The position numbers and the translations under genes are program-made. The notes beneath the pieces were generated by a model. The model was not told where the DNA came from and did no database searches. It was given only the letters and a program-made list of their open reading frames with translations. This document shows, piece by piece, positions 13,001 to 28,000 of a DNA stretch of 64,000 nucleotides. The first letter of the stretch is position 1. Each line of letters opens with the position of its first letter. Source of the stretch: Phoronis australis (Eukaryota > Animalia > Phoronida); assembly GCA_002633005.1 (NCBI GenBank), contig NMRA01000761.1, forward strand, positions 88,130 to 152,129. Reading direction: 5' to 3'.

Positions 13001-16000
13001 GCGATCTTCATGTTTCTGAGCTCAGTAGAAAGGCAATATTATTATGCTCTTCGATTTTTGACTGCAAGACGTATGTATGTAATGGGTGAAAGATGGTCTC
13101 CGTCGTTGTTGTACCAGTGCAATACTGAGGAGTTGTGAGGCAAGTCCCCAGAGAGCCGCATTTTTTGAGACATGAAATGGAGCATCGGTGGAGGCTGTAG
13201 TAACAGCAACTTTACTAAGAACGTCTCTCTGTTAAAATTCCGTAAACACGTAAAAGTTTCATAGAAATGGCATCGGTTTATGTGGCACAGGAAAGTGTGG
13301 AATGTGAACCGTGCGATTCAGTCGTTTCAAGGAATTGTGTTTCAAACAAACACAAGAGCGGTGTTACTATGAAAGATTCGCCACCTTGTAAGTGGATTTG
13401 AAAATTTTATAAGTAACGAGCAAACTGCTTCCATTCTAGGGCGAGTGATGCCAGGCCCTCGTCTCCGGCATAGATTGCGTGCTATGACACGTAGGCTATA
13501 TGCATTGTGTTTAGATAGTGCTCCTTCTCTCATGGCAATGGTGAATACGAATAACCCAGGTTTACTGTTGGCTTTGTCAGTATTTATTACGTGTCTATTT
13601 TGTGGATATTGACCACCCCTTGGTTCAGTTGGTTGTGGGCTTGTGGCTCACATGTGTCTGCAGCATTTTACGAGCAAGTTCAGACTGCCTCAAAGCCGAG
13701 GAAAGTTCGGTAAGTCAGGGAAGTTGAATTCATTGTCTGATTCTTCAAGTACTTGAGTGTGATGCCCGTGTCCACTCTCCTCTGTCTCCATAATAATTGT
13801 CCAGTTCTTGCTCAAACTTGCCATCCTCTTCTCAGATCAGTTGTGTTCCGCCATTGAAATTGATTGTCAAGTGACCAAACTTCCTCCACCCATTACATCA
13901 ATTGGCGGGAAACTTGGAAATAACTAATTTTTCTTAAAATTACGACTATTTGGCATAAGAAAATGCGCATTTAGTTAGATTTTATGGTATTCTTTTCATA
14001 GTAGCTAACGGAAACCCCAAAAACTAAGAAAATGCATGGTGGGAACTCTTTAAGAAGCAACAACTTTGATAATCTGGGTGTCCCCTAAGTACTGCACCCT
14101 GTGGGAAATGCTCCACTAACTTTGTAGCTTACATTGATGTTCATTTGTTAATGGAGTTAAGCTGGGGTATAAAAAGGCTTAGTGTCTCTTGTTGACAGAG
14201 TGTATAGGAGTTCCTTTGTTGCCTGGCCTGGTATTACTAACTGTAAATTATCTGCAGTTGACATTTTCTTAAATTTGGGACATCAAAATTCAAGCCAAAG
14301 TTGAATTATGGTGGTTCTGTAAAGTGTGTCATCAGTGATTTCGGTATTAGTCGTATTTGTCTAATCTCAGACTTTGCATTATGCTTTTGAAAACAGAGAC
14401 TGAAAATAGACTTGGCATGCATAAATTTGATGGAAGTAGCTCCTAATGGTACATTTTCATAAGTCTCCATTTAACATCCACGCCAATTTTTGTTTGCCTT
14501 CTGGAATTTGGAACAACCATCCAATTGTAGATATCTCTATTTTACTACAAGCTCTGACTTTGAGCGAAATAAATATTTTTCAATGCCAAAAACGTGAGAT
14601 TTTTTACTATGAGCCAACATGAGAAGGTACAGAGAGACTTGTTGACAAAACAGCCATGGCATAGTGTTTCCTTTGTTGCAAGGTGGTAACCAGTGTCTAA
14701 GGAAGTGAGAAACACATCTGTTGTTAGTTAGCAGTTTGACTCTTGTTAGTTAAACCCAGTGCTTCCCTTGGCCACCTGGATTTGTCCCAGGAAGATGTTG
14801 ATAATTAGCAGTTTGCTTCACAGGTTGACCACTGGCTCCTCCCTGGGAGGCCAGCTGACATGGGGAGGTTAAGAAAATACTGAGCTTATATAGACAGCTA
14901 ACTAGGGGAAGTTCTACAGGTGGGCAGTTAAGGATTAATACAAAGACAGGTGATAAATGTTGATATTTTAGGTTCAGACATAGTGCAGACTGAGTGCTAC
15001 CTTCCTTGTACAGCTGATAGCTCTTGTCTGCATCAACGGGAACCGTGAGGATTTTGCTTTGTGAGTCAGCGAGGCAATTCTTTAAAGCTATGTTTCGCCC
15101 CTGTTTAGCTGTCAATGGTGAATTCTTCACCAAAGCGCTTTTGGATTTTAATTATTCTCACGCTCATCCAAATGCAGTGATGTTGCTTTGGAAGGGAAAA
15201 TAGGCTTGTGAAAACAAATTCTAAGGTAAAAAAATATCCAGTTTGTGACAATGAAAATTCATTGTTTAGCTCATGGTCGAAGCTTATGCCAAATTTTAGT
15301 TACAGACAATATTGGTCATCCCAAATTCAAGAATTGCAATCGACAAACGATCATTCACCTGGATGTTGCTCACTATTAAAACCGGATGAACCATCAACTT
15401 GAAGTCTATTTTCAGACTGTTGACACTGAACATAGTGTCTTATTATAATTGAGATTAATACTAGGGGTGCCAATCCATTGATAGCCAAACCTTCAGATTA
15501 TTGCATCCAATTTGGCTTGAATTTTGGTGTAACAAGTTTTACAGTCTGCCTCAAATTTTACTGTTTATCCCGAACTGGAGAAATTTTACCACCTTGTCTT
15601 ATTGTACGACATAACTTTAGATGGAATCTAGTGCAAATCACTTTCCTGCTGTTATGCTTAGAGTTTATTTTGTTATTTTCGGTTATGGTGTTATGTCGTT
15701 ATATTGTAGCATGGTTTCATGCCTTGCACTTGGCAACTGTTACTGGCATAAATTAACTCATTCATGAGAGAGAGGGCGGGAAGAGGGAGAGGCCGCTAAT
15801 TGCTAATAATTAAATTTGGAAAATTAGCTGACTGCGTATGAGAAGAGACTTTGTTAACTTTTTCTAGACAAAAAGTAAAGTCTTTACTAAAACTTCATTT
15901 TTCCGTGTTTAGAGGCTTAACACAATCCTGCTATAATTGCTAAAAATTTTACCAGTTGTATTTTTGCCGATTACTGTAATGTATTATGCAAACTAGGTGA

Positions 16001-19000
16001 AAACTAGTCATTGACAAGTAAAATCTACTGAAAAGTTCTTGCTGGGAAATTGGAGAAAGTGAAATTTCTCTACGCCACCCTAATGCTTCTCAAACTGAAT
16101 GTTTTTCCGTGGGCCACAAAAGCATATTTGATTCTGATCTTTTCCTGGACTCATTATGAGGCCTGTACTCGCCAATAAAAACCGGCAAAAACGCCTTCCT
16201 GCTTTCATATCAGCTGAGGTGTGGTATGTTTTTTAATGCTTCACAAAGGCACGTAAGCAAGTGTAAGCACAGTTTTAAATGGCAATATTTGCCAAGCGAG
16301 TAAAAAAAGATCTCACAATGTGTTTGCTTGCGTATCAGGTTGATTGAAAATGTGAACTACTAAAGAAATACCACACCGTGGACTCCATTTCAAAAAAAAA
16401 AAAACAGACGAGAACCAACTATGCTTTTTTGGCCTTAACCAGCTATGTTTTTTCTTCAGATTGGTGACGAGACAGGTGCGGGTACAGCTCAGATGAACCT
16501 GGCTGACCTAAGGACTGTACTGGGCATCAACTCCAGTACCAATGTCTCCATCGACGACACAGACAGGTGAGTTCTAGCCAGGTGACCGACTAGGCTAGTG
16601 TTGACTCCAGTTGATTGGTGTCTAGACTGTAATTGACTGAAAATTACTAAGGCATATCTGACTGAACATTTATTAAAAGCACTGTTAGAAGATGTTAGCA
16701 GCAAGTTCCGAGTTTGAACCTTGGTCAGGGCATAGGTCTTGTCATACTCAACTATATGCCATGTGATGTGGCTAACATACGACGTTTATGGAAACTAATA
16801 ATTCTTACTTGCATGGTATTGTCATGCTGATTGCAAAACAATACAGGGTACACGTAAATGCTCTCTCAGATGGTTCCTGTTAGGTCTGTTTGGATTTCTG
16901 TAATCAGCCGGTGGTCCCGATATCTCATGGACTTAAGCGTCTGCCCAGTTAGTGGTAAGTTCGAACACTGCTTGGGGCAGAGTTCCTTTCAAACTTAACT
17001 ATAGGTCACGTGATGTGACCAACGTAGGGTGTATATGATGATTAAGAATTGTTACTTATACAGTTGAAAGAGGTTTTTATGTACTTAGACTTTGTTGAAA
17101 TTTATCTTGTGGTAGGTAGACCTGTTCACATTTGGCTGTTAAGTCCAAAACAAAAGAAGGTAGTGGTCAGGCCTTTATCCAGGATTTTGAAAATATGTTG
17201 TCCAAAATGGGGTTCTCAGTATTCCAGGGCGTCCATGATTCCGACGCGTAACCCCCCACCCCCAGCAATCCCCCAAACACACAGATTTTTTTACAAAAAA
17301 ATGCTTAGACCAAGCTGTTNGCAATCCCCCCAAACACACATATTTTTTTACAAAAAAATGCTTAGACCAAGCTGTTTTTACATCTAAGTTTACAAAACAG
17401 CCTTCTATGGTGAGCATTTTTACTAAAAAATCTGTAGACCAAGACATTTACAATGCTATCAACCAAGTGTGAGCATAGCAACATTTTACATACTTTCTAT
17501 ATACATTGTATATTTCTTCCTGCTTTAAAAAACAGCCCCCACTGTGAGCCTTCAGAGGCTTCCTAGTATTTATAACAATGTGTGAGTCAAAACTTGAAAG
17601 GTTCCTATTGACAGTGGGTGTCCAAATGATACATTGGGCGTCCTTGCCAGGGGTCCAGATAAGTGCTAGGGCGTCCATTTGGCCGCCCAGGACGTACGAT
17701 GCATAAAGGCCTGGTAGTAGTGAGAATTGACTGGTGTGAGCATCAGGTAATGCCTATCGGTTTGAAGAATACCCATTCATGCGTGTCGTAATTTAGTTTA
17801 AGCGTAAAATCTGGGTAATTGTTGGTACGCTTGCTTATGATTGTCCAAAAATCGACTGACGCCATTGGTGCTTTTTTTGGAATTCATACGCAGCACATAA
17901 CCTGATGAGATCATGCTGATTCACCTCATTACCAATCTGGTAAATTGGTAAATTGCTGGAAATAGTATTTACATTACTAATGGCAGTTGGCAGTTATTGA
18001 GAACTGGGTACAGTAACTCTCCACTTAGTTCGTTCAAAATATATAGAGTATATTTCCTCTAATAGTCGGCGTGGGCTAAATAAACTTAGATCACGGGGAG
18101 TGCGAAATTAGTAAAGTATTGCCTGGCTGTGAATTGAATTCAAGAGATGTGGCCAATGGGTTGCTGACTTTATCCAAATTATTGCAATAACGGTAAAATT
18201 CTTCAATTTGGGACCCATGTGTTGGTGAAATTGATAAATTTTTACCCTAAGCTAAGATATCCTGTTCCTGAGTAAGAGTACCTGTCATTCTTTGGTGGAT
18301 TACTGTTTTGAGCATGTGACTGACACCAATCTTATGCAGGTCACCCCTTTCCCCTCATGTTTACAGTGGTGTGAGATATTGGGTATGAATGGATGAATTA
18401 AATGGTGAATATACAAAGCTCAGCCCTTGTTAACAAAATTAAAGACTAGAAATAATAGCATGGCTTTGCCCTTATATTTTCCAAAGTGCAAGACTGCTGG
18501 AATTAGGTAAGGCCAGGAACTCTCACCAAGTAGCCTCGTTCAAAATAAGGGATGGACAAAATATTATTTACAACTAATTTTAGGTGTGCGAAGTGAGGTG
18601 AGTGTGCTAAGTAAGGGAAGAATTACTGTACTTTCTTGTCAAGGGTTTCTTATATCTGTGTGTTTAATTAGTTGTCACATTTTTATGAACCAAAAAATAG
18701 TAGGAATTTTTACTGCTCAGATGTAAGTCATTGAAGTCCCTTTTTCAAAAAATGTCTTCTTTTTTCGATAAAAAACGAGTGTGAAGTGTGAAACAAATGG
18801 CTCGTGTATAGACCTTAAATTCAATAACTGGGAAATTTCTTGTGAATGAACTGAAAAGAAACCACTGTTCAAAACTGCTAAAAGTGCCGTCATTCAGAAA
18901 GCCTGAGAGTGGGCGGTAAATATTTGCCACGTAATTGCAATAGACTTCAGTCGTCCACTGTCAAACAACTCTTCTATTTGCTTAAAAACAATGGGTCAAA

Positions 19001-22000
19001 AGAAATTTTTGGGTAGACATGAATTGTGAATTTTCCATTTTTGAAATAAACTTCCATAGTTATGGTTGTTGCTGCTAAGTGCTTTGATGTTTCAGACAAA
19101 TTTGAAAATAAGAAAAGTCACCTCTACAGTCCCACGCAGCGGTAGTTCGTACATCAAGCCAAAGCCATTAAATCTAAATTTAAATAAATTAAGGTTAATC
19201 CTTTTCTGTTAAAAACTCATTCGATTCATGGTGCGTTAAAGTGATATTAAAAACATGTCGTTGTAGGAAAACAAAAAAGCAAATGTTGACCCAAAACAAT
19301 GATATTCGAAAATAGTGTTACATGATAGTTCACATTAAAATATTGAAATTGGTTGGATTACCATGGTCATGGAGTTATTTGCAGACCATGGACGTTAAAA
19401 TGGAAGTTTTTGGGTATGATTTACTCAGTTGAAGGTGGGGATCTTACATGTAGTCAAATAAAACATGAGATCAGTGCAAGGTGCCATTGAATCTGACTAC
19501 TTGTTCTTAAAAGGTTAGCGTTTACAAAAATATGATCACCTCTCAAGGAAGTCTGGATCATTATAATTGGGCTTGGTCGTTCAGCCGACCCTCGGTGTTT
19601 CAAAATGGAAATATTGAAATTTCGCGGGTAGCAATTTATCGGAACATGGGCGTGAACTCTGATGAGTATGGTAAATTAATATGGTAGGCGAATAACCTGG
19701 AAAATTAATCACTTACCAGTGTCTGTTAGTTTGTTTTAGGAAAACAAGGTGTTTTTTATATAATTAGCACTCTAGGGTACTAACAGCGTGCTATTATACA
19801 TGTCAACTGAGTGCATCGCCAGTTGTCAAAGGTTTAAAACCAGGGTGAGTTGTTCTGTTCTCTAGAGACATGACTGTTTTCAGATACCCCAACTGTATTT
19901 AGAAACCTAATATTAATTCACTGGAATTGGTGGCCACTCCCATTTGACCCTTGTGTCCACCATGATTATTTGTTTTTTTTTATAATAATTAGGTGGAGTC
20001 CTGGAGTAGTCTGATAGCAACTGACCTGTTGTTATTGAGGCATGGTTCATGAAACATGGACACAAGTATTTCTGGTACATCTCTTGTGAAAAGTGTAGGC
20101 AAGAGATCTTTTCTCAGTGAAAGGAAATTTCTTCATGTCTGTTACATTGTTATAATTTTTTGTTTGCTTTTTGTTTGTTTCTGTGTTCCCACGCTACTGG
20201 TCACATTTCGTATCCGATCAACGTGGAATTTATACTCAACACGTGCTTCGTTGAATGGCTCGAAGCCTATTGTTTTTACTTAAAATCGGAAGCAAGATGG
20301 CAGCCGTTTTTCACTATTTTGTTTTGCGAACTCATAGCTCTGCGATCCTTTAGCCGATCTTTTTCAACTTCGTCATTTAAAATCTTCTCACGAGCAATCT
20401 GCGGTGCGTGATTGGTTTCTTGCTGTGAATTACCGTTGTCCAGCTGTTTGAGATTTGATGACTTTTATTGAGTGATTTCTCAATGCAAATTCAATAGTTT
20501 ATCATTCGTAGGTTGCTGTAATAGGCGTTAGAGTCATGGTTGTTGATGTTCTTGGTTTTGTGGTTGACCTCAACTTTAAATTTTTAATCAATTTCACCAA
20601 GTGTCGCTCCTGAGAGCGCTTTCGTTTTTGTCATTTTTTGTATATTTCAAGTCAACTGAAATGTTGCCATACATCTTTTACAATTGTATCCTAGCTGCAC
20701 AACATTCGAGCCCCTCTCTTACAATATACTATAACCCACAGCTGAATCGGGGTGCTGCAGTGGTCAACAAAAACAAGTGCACGATAGAGCCCCTCAACTT
20801 TTTCCAAATGAACCCTCAAAGAGGGCTTTGTTTGGGCACAACATCACTTCGGAAATTTCAGAAGTCCGTGGGAATTTTGAGCAGTTATACAATGACAGAT
20901 GTTAAACTTTTTCGATATTTGTTTCTTTTTGTTAAGAAATTAGTTACTATAAAATTTCATGTTTCCATCATGTACATTATGTCCTGGATAGTACTTTTAC
21001 CATGCTGGACTTGAGATGCTGAAGGCTTAAAGCTAAACCCATAGGACTCTAAATGCTGCTTGTTTGTTTCCTAGGCTGTTACTAAAGTGTACCTGATCTC
21101 TGTTTAGATAACTGGTACTTGTTAGAGTTTAAAAAAGTTAAGAAAATAGGTTGAAGACAATATAGCTGGTTCAGTGACCAAACACTAGATGGAGCGACTA
21201 GTTGCTATGTTCTTCAAAACGTGTCTGACTTGTTGCAGTAACAAATTTGGATTCAGCTGCGAGGAGTTTAGATCGTTGATGTCAAGTCTGAGAAACAGTG
21301 TGTAACAAGTTTTTTTGAACTCAGTGGATTTTATTTTAGTAATTTCTGTTGCAGTTTAGCTGTTCAACATTTTGTACCTACAGCCCAGTATACCGATTTA
21401 GTAAGATGCAATATATTTCTTGTTGTGGTCAACTGTCAAAGCCACAGTAAACTCACATTATGCTGAGTAAATTATGATTTTGACCAATATACTTATAATT
21501 TTGGCCTCAAACTGTTTCTTAGTCACAAGAGAAGGGATTTTTGGTCTTGCCAATAAATGACAGTTGGTAATGCCTCGAGATCATTCTCCGCAAACGATAT
21601 GACACACGCCAACAAATCAACTTATAGACCCTCAGATCTCAAGCAATAGTAAGCTGTCAGTTCTCTCCAAGTACGAGACCACACGTATGTTGGCTAAGAA
21701 ACCATTCGAGGCCAACTTCATCATGTGTGGGCTATATAAAAAACTGATGTGAAATATGTTTACAGTCAGTTTAATTAGGCCTTGAAGATTTGTTGAAACT
21801 TTTGAAATTACCAATTATGAGTTTAGGTAAATTGCGTCACACTTCAAAATCTGCCCCTAGCAAACTTCACGTGAGACTGGGCTTGAAAGTGGATGGATTC
21901 TACCCTTTGAGTAACGTTTCAACAAATTTCATGCAATGTTATTGGACAATTTTCTAAGCAAACCCTGAGTGATGTTGGCTTTTGAAGGCCTAGTATCTTC

Positions 22001-25000
22001 AATACAGTGAAAAATGGGCATTGGTACGTTAGGGATGAATAATGGCCGGTGCCAAAGGTGCTCAGCTGTTTGGTTTTATTACCTTTCTGTGTTTTATCTT
22101 TAATTTTTCACCTGGAACTAGCTTTCATTAATTGCATAATGACGCATTTCCAGTAGACTTCCTTAAAGAGATATTATTGGCGAGAAAAGTGATTTCTGAG
22201 ATCAGCCCCAGCGTATAATCGAACCTGGTTCCTCGTTGTTGCAGTTAAAATTGTCAAAAAATACCTTGACTTAAGGACAGACAATAGTGCATTTTTCTAA
22301 AATTTTGTACTAGCTCTAACCATGAGAAGCAAAGTAATACATTTTAACTGTCCCAAACTGGAGGTTGGTTCAGGTTTGGGCATGGTCATTTTGAAACCCA
22401 AGCCTTACTGTTTAATTATTAATAAGAGAATAAATGTACACATACATCAATTTTATTGAATTTCTTTTTCGGCAACTTTGACTTGTATCATGACAATAGA
22501 TTAAAATTAAGTTTCGTGAAGTAATTTGTGCGTTTTTGACTTATAGCAGTCTCCTGAGGACTCCCCTGCCTTTCCTCACTAATCACAGACATTGAGTGTC
22601 TTTCATTTTTAAAATTATGAAAACTTAAAAAATACCGAGTTAGTGCATCGGTCTTCAAAAACATACGCAGACCAGAACACTAAATCACTTGAAAGTTAGC
22701 ATTTTTTGTTGAAAGTATTTTGAGACTTTCGGCATGAATTTTTTTCTCTTTGTGATGCAATTCCGTACCTCAAGACGGCGTTGATTCAGCTAATTATTTA
22801 CAGCAAATGTCTTTTGACCTACCGGTCAGTTGCAATGAGTCGGTGACCGCTCATCTGACCAGACAAGCCAGAGTCTGCTCAGGATTGCTTAGGTTGGCCC
22901 CCACTGCAGTCATTACTTGGGTAGGAAATCAGGATTGCACATGTGTTCACAGTTGATTAAATAAACTTGATCAACATGGTTTTAATTACGGTACCACATT
23001 ATGTCTGTATTTCATTGGGTTACTGTATTACATGACTTAAAATTACATGCATTTTTGTTTATCTCTTGGAAATGAATGTTTGAATGACCATGCTGGGAAA
23101 TTTGGCAATTTTGTAGTTTGTGTGGAGTGAAGAAAATGCATTGTTGTGAAAATGCTGACGTCTTGGTTATACTTGTGCATTTGTGTTGACAGAGAATTTC
23201 TGCTTGAAATCGCAAAAGAGTGCGTGATTGGTTGTATGTTATCGTGTTTTTTTTGGACGGAAAAATTTGAAAACTAAAAGTTGCTTTTAAAAAATAAAAA
23301 CTGAATTGTGTAGATTCAGGGCTTTAGTCTACCAATTACAACAAAACGGTGCCTGTTGCCTAGCTGGATCCCATACGTCTGTAGTGACAATGCACAAAGA
23401 TTTTTGGAGTGCAGTTAGCGATGCAGCTTTCTTACCTATCTTGAGAATCACAGTTAGTTAATACTTCTTTAGGACACTGAAATCCAAGCAAAAGTTCAGG
23501 TTTCTTAATTTCAAAGTTTGGGACGTGGGAGATATTTTAATGTATCGTGTCTCGCAAATCGTGGTATAGTGTGGGTTTTTTTACAATAGGATTTCAAAAT
23601 AAATCGGAAGTTCATAAAAAGTAGTGGTGATCATTTACAGGTCAGTAAAAACTCAGTTGTCTGAGTGTCCTAAAGTTTTGGGATTCCCAATATTGTGGAT
23701 TTTTCAAATTTCGCAGAAGTTGCACCATGAGCGAAATGAATTATTTTTCCAGTATTTTAAACCGGAGTATGTTCACCAAAGTAGTCTGAGTCACTGGTCT
23801 TTTTCCAAGTGGTCTGAAAAAATTGTATGGGATTATTTTTTTACTCAGTTGCTGTACAGACTGATTAAAATTCATTGATTTTAGCTGCCCTATTCATGTT
23901 TGAGCCCAGAAACTGGAGTCACGCCCCTTTTGGTATTTGGTGATTTTGGCTTCCTGTTATTGCCGTCGGCAACATTATTGTTTACCATCAACATTGACCA
24001 TTTTTACCTGGGTACCTGTTGACTGCTGCTCACTGGACTTAGCTGGTGTAAATGTTTGAATACACTGATTGGAACCAAGCTGTGTGCATCTGACTACTTG
24101 GTTCCACTTGATGCATTGTGTTGTGCAGTGTGCACTCACCTGAACTAAGAAACATGAAAAAATCATGGCGTTGACATTTTTCCTATTCCCTCATGGCGGA
24201 AAGGTGTTATGCCGTTCGGGTTACCAGGTGCATAAGGGGTTGGGTTTAAATTGTTGTTTCCGTGGTTGATCCCCTGAGCTTTGGTACATGTCACGGTGTC
24301 ACCGACCTGTCTTGCTAATTACGGCTTCAAGACTGTACAGTCATTTCTGTGACAGTATGTACGCTATTTTTCCTTGATAGCTTCGTGTTCCAGTTAATAG
24401 AGACAAAAGTGGCGATATGAAAGTCTTAGTGTTCAAATTATTAGAGATAAAACATCGGTAATGACAATGAATTTAGTGAGGACAACGAGGTCCTCCAAGA
24501 CCATGGTTTAGCAATGTGAATTACATCATCACAAGCAGCAAATTATCTTCCTCTGTGATGGATTGATTTACTTCAATATATTGAACACTTTGTCATTTTA
24601 TTTTTTCCTTTTTTCACAAACTTCAGGATCCGGCTTCAAGTCCCCCATATTCAGTCTGCCTGCACTGACTTTCCAACAGCAGTGTACTAGATAAAGCATG
24701 TACCGTATTCGAAAAAAATCACTGACTTTTCCAACCCTCCCAGTTCAATTTAGGTGGAAGCTATCGAGTTTTGAAGAATACCCACAACTCACAGGAAGGT
24801 GGACCAAATTGCCTGATCTTGAACTTATTGTAAATTTTCCCAGTTTTCTCGAAACGTAGTGACCAGGCTATCAAGGCTGTATGTAGCCCTGAGGACATTT
24901 TGCCTCGCTGAGTTTCTGTCACCTCTCAGATTCAGAATTCAAAAATTGCCATTATGTTACTGGTTGTTTGGGCGTCTCCTTGGAAGCAATAAAAATGCAA

Positions 25001-28000
25001 GTCAAAGATTGTTTTTTTGCTTATTGCATGTCTGCCGTTCCGTTTGCACACAGCCAACCCTATAACAACTTGCACTAGCGCAAGTTGCACCACTTTGAGT
25101 GGAGCACATAAGTGATAACTAACACAAGACGGATGTCGTCGCTATGTGCTTGACAATGAACAGCTGATGCAAATATGGTTTGCATTAAAGAAGACCCGTC
25201 TGTATCTAACCACATCTGATAATTACTTCAGCCTAGCGACAACTCGTTCCAGAAGTAACTTGTTGTAAGGGTAAGCCTTGTGTGTGAACGGCATTTACGT
25301 CAAACTGGTGTTTGCAGGCATATTTTTCATATGCGGCTTTGGACAGATACGTGCGCATACGTTCCCACTTGTTGCTGAATCGCTGGAGTGCACATTACAT
25401 TGGCAGATGACTCATTGACATACATACTTATGCATGTGCTCAATCCCAGAAAATAAACCAAGGTTTGAGAATTTCTTTGTCCCTCAAAACTAATCTGCTA
25501 AAAGACAAGTCGTGGTCGTCGTTTGGCAATCAAAAGGGTTGTCGTTTTCGTCTTTGCTGTTTTGCGATGAAAACACATTGGAGCAGGCTGTTACTTGACA
25601 TTTCCAAGTCACAATTGTCTGCCGGTAACTAGCGTGCAAAATTGGATACTCATAACATCCATCGTACATGAAAATAAGTGTTTTTCCAATGCAGTGTCTG
25701 GTAAATAGATTAAGAATTCGTAGAAACATATCTGTTTTGTGTTTTTTTATCACTTATGATGAGGTCTGAAATTTAATTTCTTTGGCACATCGGGAAATTT
25801 GCCAACGGAATGGATCAAAGGTCGAATATGAATTATCCCATGTCCACGTTACGTGATTACTTGTCAGTGAGACAAGCTGTTCTGTGTTATTGCTAGGTAT
25901 CTGTCAAGAAGTGTAAAACCTTATCTCGCATAAGTTGGAAATTCCAGATAGCATGTTGCGTTTTTATACGAACTGACCAAAATCTCAGGTCGCATTTCCA
26001 AACCTTAGGTTGCCTACCCGACTCGATTGATTACAACAACACGGACTTTTGCCTTGTTGGTAAGGACGGGCTGTCAGACCTTGTTTAGTCTTATACGAGG
26101 TACTTAAACTACACGGTCAACGGACTCATAAACACTGGGCACGGACGCATGAACACGACTCATGGACCTGCAAACACCGTCCACTGACTCACAAACACGG
26201 GAACGGACTCAAAAAACACGATCCACGCACCCAAATACACGGGACACGGACTCATATTCACGAGGAAACACGGTTAATGGACCGTCAAACACGGGTCACG
26301 GACTCATCGGCTTCCTGGGTCAGCTGACATCTCCATTTTGTCCGTGACCCGTGTTTGATGGTCTGTTTCCTCGTGAATATGAGTCCGTGTATTTGGGTGC
26401 GTGAATCGTGTTTTGTGAGTCTGTTCCCGTGTTCGTGAGTCAGTGGACGGTTTTGGAAGGTCCGTGAGTCGTGTTCATGCGTCCGTGCTCTGTGTTTATG
26501 AGTCCGTTGACCGTGTCGTTTAGGTTCCTTGTTATAGCAAGCCACTGGTACCAACAACAGAAATAGTTGGTGCTTCGTATATGACTTATTTTTACTAACA
26601 CAGATACATAATGCAAGGTATTTTCCCTTGGATACCTACCTCTTGCACAATATGTTGGAGAAATATTGTGTGCATAGACTATCCTAGTATACGGACAATT
26701 AGAGAAATTACCATACTTCAGTAGAAAACACTGGGTGAACATGGTGTTGGTGGCATTGCTGTTTAAGATATCGATTTGATTCGTGTAATTAGCACGCGCT
26801 TTATCATTGTTAAAATGCAATCTTGTAATAATTGTGGTTTTGATAAAATGTTGATAACGGTAGTTAGTGACGTTATATGTGAGGTAATATTCGTCATAAT
26901 TGAGCAGTTGGCTCAGCTGGCGTTTCACAAGCAGACATTATTTTCAAAAAATGCTTGCCTTATTAATGTTTGGTTCTTTGTCAGTTTTTATAAGTCATAA
27001 AAATATTAATCAAGGCTGTGAGATGTAAGAAACTGGTAAATAATGGCATGACTCTAGTCTGATGGTTAGAATGCGCATTGTCTTGGTTTGTGATTACGGT
27101 GGCATGTTGTAGAATCAAAAATGCGATTATTTCCCTCAGCGTAATCCTGTTACATTTATGACACTCTGATGTTCAATTCATCTTCTTGAAGACCAATAAC
27201 AGAAGAATTAGGATTCCATAGTGCGGAGCAGTGAAGCATGTCAAGCAATAAATTGGATTCAAACACCAAAAATAATGCTCATCATAATCCATCACCAATT
27301 TTGAACAAAAGTAGTTGCCAAAATCAGTGGACATCATCCTGTTTCAAGGTGTTCCAACAGAGCTATGAATGTCCAGGTTTTCAAAATATATTCCCATGGT
27401 AGCTGGGGTGAAAACTTTTAGCATGGCAAAGCGTTAATTTGATGAAAAAATGAGAACATAATTTTCACTTGTTCACCATAATGTCTCCTTAATTGAGATT
27501 CTCACTGCAACGCTGCTACTGAAACCTCAAGTAGTGTCACCGTAATAACTTGGTAATTCAATCTTTTTGTCAGAAATGAATAAATTATTAAAACTGTTAT
27601 TTTATAATGCCCCATAGACTGCCCACCACACGCTATGGACATGGCATTTCTGTAACTCTCTTAACAATTATGTATGATGTTTTTGTGTTTTTAGCCAAAG
27701 TGCTGATCACTACAGTTCATCACAGACTTCTGACACGGAATCTGAGCGGGGTAAGCATTTATTTTTCATTGTGGAAAATGAATAAATGTTTTTAGTACTT
27801 GTCCGTTCCACCTTGTTTTCTTAAATTTGTTCATCATTAGAGATGAAAATAGTTTATCCATGAAGAAGGTAGCCCCTTGAGTAAGTTTTTTGTGGCATTA
27901 TGTAGTTAGAAATATAATGATTAAAATACTATTGATAGTAATTAGAATGGTAGACAGTAGAATTAATTATTTCAAGGCGGAAAGACATCCCCCCTTGACA

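Noticed and set aside
13690-13900. Acidic coding-like minus-strand segment (EEDGKFEQELDNYYVETEES...)
   Set aside because: Interrupted by a stop, no convincing splice sites, no recognisable family.
16914-16978. Possible tRNA gene
   Set aside because: D and anticodon arms are degenerate and the downstream body is shared with other dispersed copies, so it is better explained as a SINE head.
17265-17378. About 55-bp tandem duplication around the N at 17320
   Set aside because: The duplicate abuts an N, typical of unmerged contig overlap.
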